A stretch of 64,000 bases of DNA from an uncultured Ignavibacteria bacterium (GTDB lineage Bacteria > Bacteroidota > Ignavibacteria > Ch128b). The DNA is taken from the NCBI GenBank assembly GCA_937944105.1, contig CALDZP010000034.1, positions 38,262-102,261 of the forward strand. Direction: 5' to 3'. Shown here in pieces: positions 58,954 to 64,000 of this stretch; positions within the stretch are counted from its first letter, which is position 1, and each line of letters opens with the position of its first letter. The notes under the pieces were generated by a model. It was not told the DNA's origin. It saw only the letters and a program-made list of their open reading frames with translations, and searched no databases. The position numbers and the translations under genes are program-made.

Positions 58954-61900
58954 ATGTTCTGCTTGCTCTTAATATTTTTGAGTTTTTTGGACGTTTATAT
59001 TACCTCTGATTATCCTACTACAAATGTTTATACTTCAAACATTGAATTTTTCTATGCACGTAATTTCCAAGATGAAACTGAAATTGAAGTGATTAATAAT
59101 CTAAATCCGACGCTAAGATGGTTCAAAGTAAATGATGCTATTAAGTATTTAATAGTAATCAATGAATTTGAAGGAAATAATTTGAAATCAAAACCAGTAA
59201 TTATTCGTTACTTTGAGGTACAGGATACATTTTTTGTTATTCCATCTCTAATCCTTGAAGATGGGAAAATATATAGTTGGAATGTAAGGTCATTTAACGG
59301 AAAGCTATGGAGTAATTTTGGAAAAGAATTTTATTTTAAAGTATTCTTAAAAGATTCGAAAGCTCAATCTGATGATAAAACAATAAGTACAATTTCTCCT
59401 GGCAAACTGTCTCCAGAAATTGAATTAATAAACACCATTAACCCAGTATTTAAGTGGTTCAAAATTAAATCGGCAGATTATTATAATTTTATTCTTGAAA
59501 AAGAAGAAAAGCCGGGGAGTTACAAAAAAATTTTATCCTCAGAAAATTTTGGTACAATAAGTGATACTTTTCTTATTCTGCAGGGTAGTCTACTTAAACA
59601 GGGAAATTTATATCGATGGAGAGTTTGGTGTAAAAACAAATTCGGTTTGTTATTGAAATCAGATTATAGATACTTTAAAGTTTCTTTACCAAAAATTTTA
59701 GTTGTACCTGAACCGATTTACCCAGGATATTCTTCTGAAGGGAAAGAAATACTGGCTACCACAACTCCAACATTTATATGGGGGAAAAATCCTTCAGCAA
59801 GTTCTTATTCAGTTGCAATAAGTAAGAAAGATTCTGATGGGAAATACAGACTTATTTTTGACAGTGAAAAAAATTTTAAGATAATAGATACATTCTTCAT
59901 TTTACCTCCCAATATTATTGAGAATAATTCGGAATACAGGTGGAATCTAAAAGTGAATTTGAAAGATGGAAGAACTCTCTACTCAAAAAGATTATATTTC
60001 AAAGTGATTTTTGAAGAACAAAAAACATTGGAAAAGTTTATCCAGAATGAAAGCACTAAAAATGAATTGGAAGAATTTTCATTGAATATGGAATATGCTG
60101 GTATATTTAAAAATCTTGTTTCATCAATCTACCTTGATGAAAAAATATTTATTTCGCTTTCAGAATTTTTATCGAATCTGCAAATTCCATTTGAAAAAAA
60201 GGGAAAAAATATATTCACAGGTTACATTAATGATGATAAAAATAATTTTACAATTGATTTTACTCAAAACAGAATAAAAAAGCAGGGGATTGAATTAAAA
60301 ATCAATCCAGAAGATTTCATCGAATATAATGAAGATTATTTTGTATCAACTTCCTTTTGTGAAAAATTTTTACCTCTTAAATTAGAATTTGATTTTTCTA
60401 ATCTTACCTTAAGCGTTTTAAGTGAAGTAGTATTACCCGTTTATTCTAAATATATTATTGAACAAAGATTGACATCATTAAGAAAAAATGAAAAAGTAAA
60501 AACACTACCTCTTCTTTTCAATAGAGAAAGATATTTACTTAATGGTTTTATTTTAGATTACTCTTTATCTCAAACTTATGTAAAGCATCAAAGAAGCGGA
60601 TACTTTTACAGACTTGCCTTTGGTGGTGAGCTACTTTATGGGGATTTTTATTATTCTCGTCAGCAATTTTTCTCTCAGAATTTTAAAAGTAACGTTGAAG
60701 ATATTAATTGGAAATTTATTTTTAATCCGAACAAATATATTACTCAAATTTCACTCGGTGATAATTTTATTGATGCAATTAACATTTACACATATCGTGG
60801 ATTTATGTTGACAAATGAAGTCGTTGAACCACGAAAAAAAATTGGCAATTATATTTTTCAAGATAAAACAGATCCGAGCAGCTTAGTGGAGTTGTATATA
60901 AATAATGAGTTATATGATATAAAAAGATCAAATGAAAATGGTGATTTTTCATTTGAGATTCCATTGAATTACGGAATGTCCAACCTCGAATTAAGAATTC
61001 ATACATTAATGGGAGAAACAAAAAGTCTTCGAAGAGTTTTCCAGATTCCTTATGAATTTTTACCAGCAGGTATTTTCAATTATAAAACCACTGCTGGTGT
61101 AATAAAGTTTACAAATAAAAAATTTGCATACTCTGAATTTAGTTACGGTATTGCTGATTATTTTACTCTTGCTACAGGTGGAGAATTTATTTATGATTCT
61201 ACAAATAAATATCTAAACTACTTTGGAAAATCTTCTTTCAGAATTTTGCCTAATTTCTATTTAAACCTATTCTACTCACCAAAGATTTTTACAAAAATTC
61301 AAGGTTCATATATAGGATCTAATTTTACTTCTTATAGTTTCGAATATATTGACAATAAAAATCATAAATTTTATAACCCATCAAGAATTAATAAATCATA
61401 TAAAGGTAGCTTCTTTTTACCATTGAAACTCGAAAATAATGAGCTGGGATTTTATTTTAATCAAGAATATTTTAAGTCAGATTTCATCAAAAGATATAAT
61501 ATAAATGTCAATGCTTTTTATCTATACAAATGGTTGGCTTTCAATCTTGGAATTATAAATGAGAATCTTTACTCTAACATAAAAATAATTAGAAGAGAAA
61601 TAACAGGTGGAACTAACATTAATTTTAATACATTTACAAATAGTAACTCAATTTTGAATCGAAGTTATTTATCAATTCGTGCTAATTACAACCTTTTAGT
61701 AAAAGATTTTCAAAGTCTCTCTGTTTTCGCAGCCACAACATTTCTAAATAGTATTAGATTTCAAATAAGTTTTGAAAGATTATTTAAGATTAATGTTACT
61801 AATGTAAGTGTAAATTTATTTTTAGATCTTCCGCAAGCAAGATATTTCGTTAATTCAAATTTAAAAGATGTAATCAATCAACAAATAAGTGGATCGATTG

Positions 61901-62532
61901 GTTATAGTTCACAAATAAATCAACTATATCTTTACAGCGAACCACAAATTGGTCGCTCAGCAATTTATATTGAAGGCTTTGAAGATAGAAATATGAATGA
62001 AAAAAAAGATGGAAATGAGAACATTGTCAAAGATTTAAATTTCTCTATTAATTCTGCATCATATTCTAAAAATTTAAAAGATGGGAAGCTAATTTTAGGT
62101 TTGAATCAATATCAAGAATATAGTTTAAGAGTTATAGATTTTAGAATGAGTGAATTAAATTTATCTACTGAGTTTTCAGAATTTAAGCTCTTAACCGATG
62201 GAAATAGAATAAAAGTAATTAGATTACCTTTTTATGAAACTGGGGAAATTGGCGGATTGGTTCTTCGTAATATTAAGAATGAAGAGATCCCAGTTCGTAA
62301 TGTGAAAATTATAATTACGAATTTATCGACTCAAAAAGAATACATTATTAATACGTTCAGTGACGGTTCGTTTTATTTATACGGGTTAAGGAAAGGAAAA
62401 TATGTAATAAGAGTTGATGAGAATTATTTAAATCGTCATTCTTTGAAATCAAATCCTGAACAAATTGAACTTGAAATTGACCCAACAAAGAATCAACTAA
62501 TCTTTGAAGAATTAAAATTTACTCTGTATTAA
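58954..62532 (+). CDS. Outer-membrane usher-like protein, unusually large (1192 aa)
   Basis: 'VELYINNELYDIKRSNENGDFSFEIPLNYGMSNLELRIH...FQIPYE' aligns with the conserved usher block (VyvNg...GpF.i..lp..G.n.l.v...G....f.vP); beta-rich body; C-terminal beta-sandwich (CarbopepD_reg-like); three N-terminal W-rich repeats of about 100 aa. Confidence 0.5.
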   Translation: MFCLLLIFLSFLDVYITSDYPTTNVYTSNIEFFYARNFQDETEIEVINNLNPTLRWFKVNDAIKYLIVINEFEGNNLKSKPVIIRYFEVQDTFFVIPSLILEDGKIYSWNVRSFNGKLWSNFGKEFYFKVFLKDSKAQSDDKTISTISPGKLSPEIELINTINPVFKWFKIKSADYYNFILEKEEKPGSYKKILSSENFGTISDTFLILQGSLLKQGNLYRWRVWCKNKFGLLLKSDYRYFKVSLPKILVVPEPIYPGYSSEGKEILATTTPTFIWGKNPSASSYSVAISKKDSDGKYRLIFDSEKNFKIIDTFFILPPNIIENNSEYRWNLKVNLKDGRTLYSKRLYFKVIFEEQKTLEKFIQNESTKNELEEFSLNMEYAGIFKNLVSSIYLDEKIFISLSEFLSNLQIPFEKKGKNIFTGYINDDKNNFTIDFTQNRIKKQGIELKINPEDFIEYNEDYFVSTSFCEKFLPLKLEFDFSNLTLSVLSEVVLPVYSKYIIEQRLTSLRKNEKVKTLPLLFNRERYLLNGFILDYSLSQTYVKHQRSGYFYRLAFGGELLYGDFYYSRQQFFSQNFKSNVEDINWKFIFNPNKYITQISLGDNFIDAINIYTYRGFMLTNEVVEPRKKIGNYIFQDKTDPSSLVELYINNELYDIKRSNENGDFSFEIPLNYGMSNLELRIHTLMGETKSLRRVFQIPYEFLPAGIFNYKTTAGVIKFTNKKFAYSEFSYGIADYFTLATGGEFIYDSTNKYLNYFGKSSFRILPNFYLNLFYSPKIFTKIQGSYIGSNFTSYSFEYIDNKNHKFYNPSRINKSYKGSFFLPLKLENNELGFYFNQEYFKSDFIKRYNINVNAFYLYKWLAFNLGIINENLYSNIKIIRREITGGTNINFNTFTNSNSILNRSYLSIRANYNLLVKDFQSLSVFAATTFLNSIRFQISFERLFKINVTNVSVNLFLDLPQARYFVNSNLKDVINQQISGSIGYSSQINQLYLYSEPQIGRSAIYIEGFEDRNMNEKKDGNENIVKDLNFSINSASYSKNLKDGKLILGLNQYQEYSLRVIDFRMSELNLSTEFSEFKLLTDGNRIKVIRLPFYETGEIGGLVLRNIKNEEIPVRNVKIIITNLSTQKEYIINTFSDGSFYLYGLRKGKYVIRVDENYLNRHSLKSNPEQIELEIDPTKNQLIFEELKFTLY

Positions 62533-62612
62533 AATGAATTCATTTTGTTCGACATTCTATAAAAAATTTTTTGAATTGAAAAAGCACTATATCATTACTA
62601 ACTTGCAATGAT

Positions 62613-63146
62613 ATGAATAAAAATTCGAATAATAGTGTAATATTTTTTATCCCTGAAAATAAATTCCATGATCTTGAGTTTTTAATTACTAAATCAATTC
62701 TTGAAAAAAATAATATTAAAGTCTTTATTTCATCTGAGAGTAGAAATCTTTCCACTGGTCATTTTGGTTTACGAGTTAAACCAGATGTTTATCTTTATAA
62801 TATTCACCCTGAGAATTTTAAAGCAATTGTTTTAATTGGTGGAGCAGGCACGAGAAATTACTGGAAAAACGATTTACTAATTAAAGTCGTTAAAAACTTT
62901 CATTTTAAGAAAAAAATTGTTGCAGCTATTTGTAGTGCTGTTGGAATTTTAGCATCGGCAGAATTGTTAAAAGGGAAAAAAGTGACTTGTTATTCAAACG
63001 ATGTAGAAACAATTAAATCATCAGGCGCTTTAATAACTCAAAATCTAATTGAAGTAGATAATAATATTATCACCGCATCAGGACCAGAAGCAGCCGAACT
63101 TTTCGGTAAAGTTTTAAGTGAAATTATAAACAAGGAATTGAGGTAA
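62613..63146 (+). CDS. DJ-1/PfpI-family protein
   Basis: 'AAICSAVGILASAELLKGKKVTCY' nucleophile-elbow Cys; 'ITASGPEAA'. Confidence 0.7.
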   Translation: MNKNSNNSVIFFIPENKFHDLEFLITKSILEKNNIKVFISSESRNLSTGHFGLRVKPDVYLYNIHPENFKAIVLIGGAGTRNYWKNDLLIKVVKNFHFKKKIVAAICSAVGILASAELLKGKKVTCYSNDVETIKSSGALITQNLIEVDNNIITASGPEAAELFGKVLSEIINKELR

Positions 63147-63150
63147 AATT

Positions 63151-64000
63151 ATGATTGTTAGAAGAAAATCAAGGAAAGTTTTTGTTGGTGGTGTTCCAAT
63201 TGGTGGCGATTCACCAATTTCAGTTCAAACAATGACCAAAACTAAAACCAGTAATATTGAAGCAACAGTTCAGCAAATCAAAGAAGCTGAAGAAGCAGGA
63301 TGTGATATTATACGAGTAACTGTAAATGATAAAGAGGCGGCAGAAGCAATTAAAGAAATAGTTAAAAGGTCCAATATTCCAATTGTTGCGGATATCCATT
63401 TTAATCACATATTTGCTTTAAAAGCTATTGAAGCTGGTGTTGCTAAAGTAAGGATTAACCCAGGAAATATAGGTTCTGAAGAAAGAATTAAAGAAGTTCT
63501 GAGCAAAGCTAAAGAAAGAAAGATCCCAATTCGAATAGGTGTTAATTCTGGATCACTCGAAGAAGATATTTTAGAAAAACATGGTTACCCTACTGCAGAA
63601 GCCTTGTACGAAAGCGCAATGAAACATGTTCGTATTTGTGAAAAATATGGATTTGAAGATATTGTTATTTCAGTTAAGTCGACGAATGTAAGACTAATGA
63701 TTGAAGCATACAGAATGATTGCCGAAAGGACAGATTATCCCTTGCATCTTGGAGTTACAGAAGCTGGAACAACAAGAGTTGGAACAATAAAATCAGCAGT
63801 TGGGATTGGAACTCTTTTAGCTGAAGGAATTGGTGATACGATACGAGTTTCTCTTACAGACGATCCTGTGAAAGAAATTGAAGTTGGAAAAGAAATTTTG
63901 AGGTCTCTTGATCTGGCTTCAAGAAATGTTGAGATTATTGCTTGCCCAACTTGTGGAAGACTTGAAGTGGATTTATTTTCCATAACAAATAAACTTGAAA
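63151..64000 (+). CDS. ispG: 4-hydroxy-3-methylbut-2-enyl diphosphate synthase IspG/GcpE (3' end truncated by the window)
   Basis: GAGG RBS; translation 'MIVRRKSRKVFVGGVPIGGDSPISVQTMTKT...' matches the IspG N-terminus; absent from the ORF track because there is no stop in the window. Confidence 0.85.
   Translation, partial: MIVRRKSRKVFVGGVPIGGDSPISVQTMTKTKTSNIEATVQQIKEAEEAGCDIIRVTVNDKEAAEAIKEIVKRSNIPIVADIHFNHIFALKAIEAGVAKVRINPGNIGSEERIKEVLSKAKERKIPIRIGVNSGSLEEDILEKHGYPTAEALYESAMKHVRICEKYGFEDIVISVKSTNVRLMIEAYRMIAERTDYPLHLGVTEAGTTRVGTIKSAVGIGTLLAEGIGDTIRVSLTDDPVKEIEVGKEILRSLDLASRNVEIIACPTCGRLEVDLFSITNKLE

Noticed and set aside
1-64000. CRISPR arrays, IS elements or transposases, integrases, toxin-antitoxin or restriction-modification genes
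   Set aside because: No direct-repeat/spacer periodicity, no terminal inverted repeats flanking any gene, and no recognisable transposase, integrase, nuclease or helicase defence-type motifs were seen. The window looks like core chromosome.

Overview
This is an AT-rich chromosomal segment (about 30% GC by eye) with FCB-group character. Several predicted secreted proteins end in T9SS-type C-terminal sorting domains, and the protein vocabulary looks Ignavibacteria/Bacteroidota-like. Mostly housekeeping and metabolic genes, it contains:
- the chromosomal replication origin: three perfect and several degenerate TTATCCACA DnaA boxes directly upstream of dnaA;
- about 55 CDS, one tRNA-Arg(CCT), and a cobalamin riboswitch on the minus strand at the left edge;
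- an 8-gene carotenoid operon whose enzymes point to a glycosylated, acylated carotenoid;
- a cobalamin-dependent methionine synthase encoded as two separate halves 13 kb apart on opposite strands;
- most notable: a chaperone-usher-like (archaic/sigma-type) fimbrial locus at 56.6-62.5 kb, made of three paralogous SCPU/CsuA-like small secreted proteins, a PapD-like chaperone candidate and an unusually large 1192-aa usher-like protein, plus a fourth paralog on its own about 8 kb upstream.
No CRISPR arrays, IS elements or recognisable defence genes were seen.
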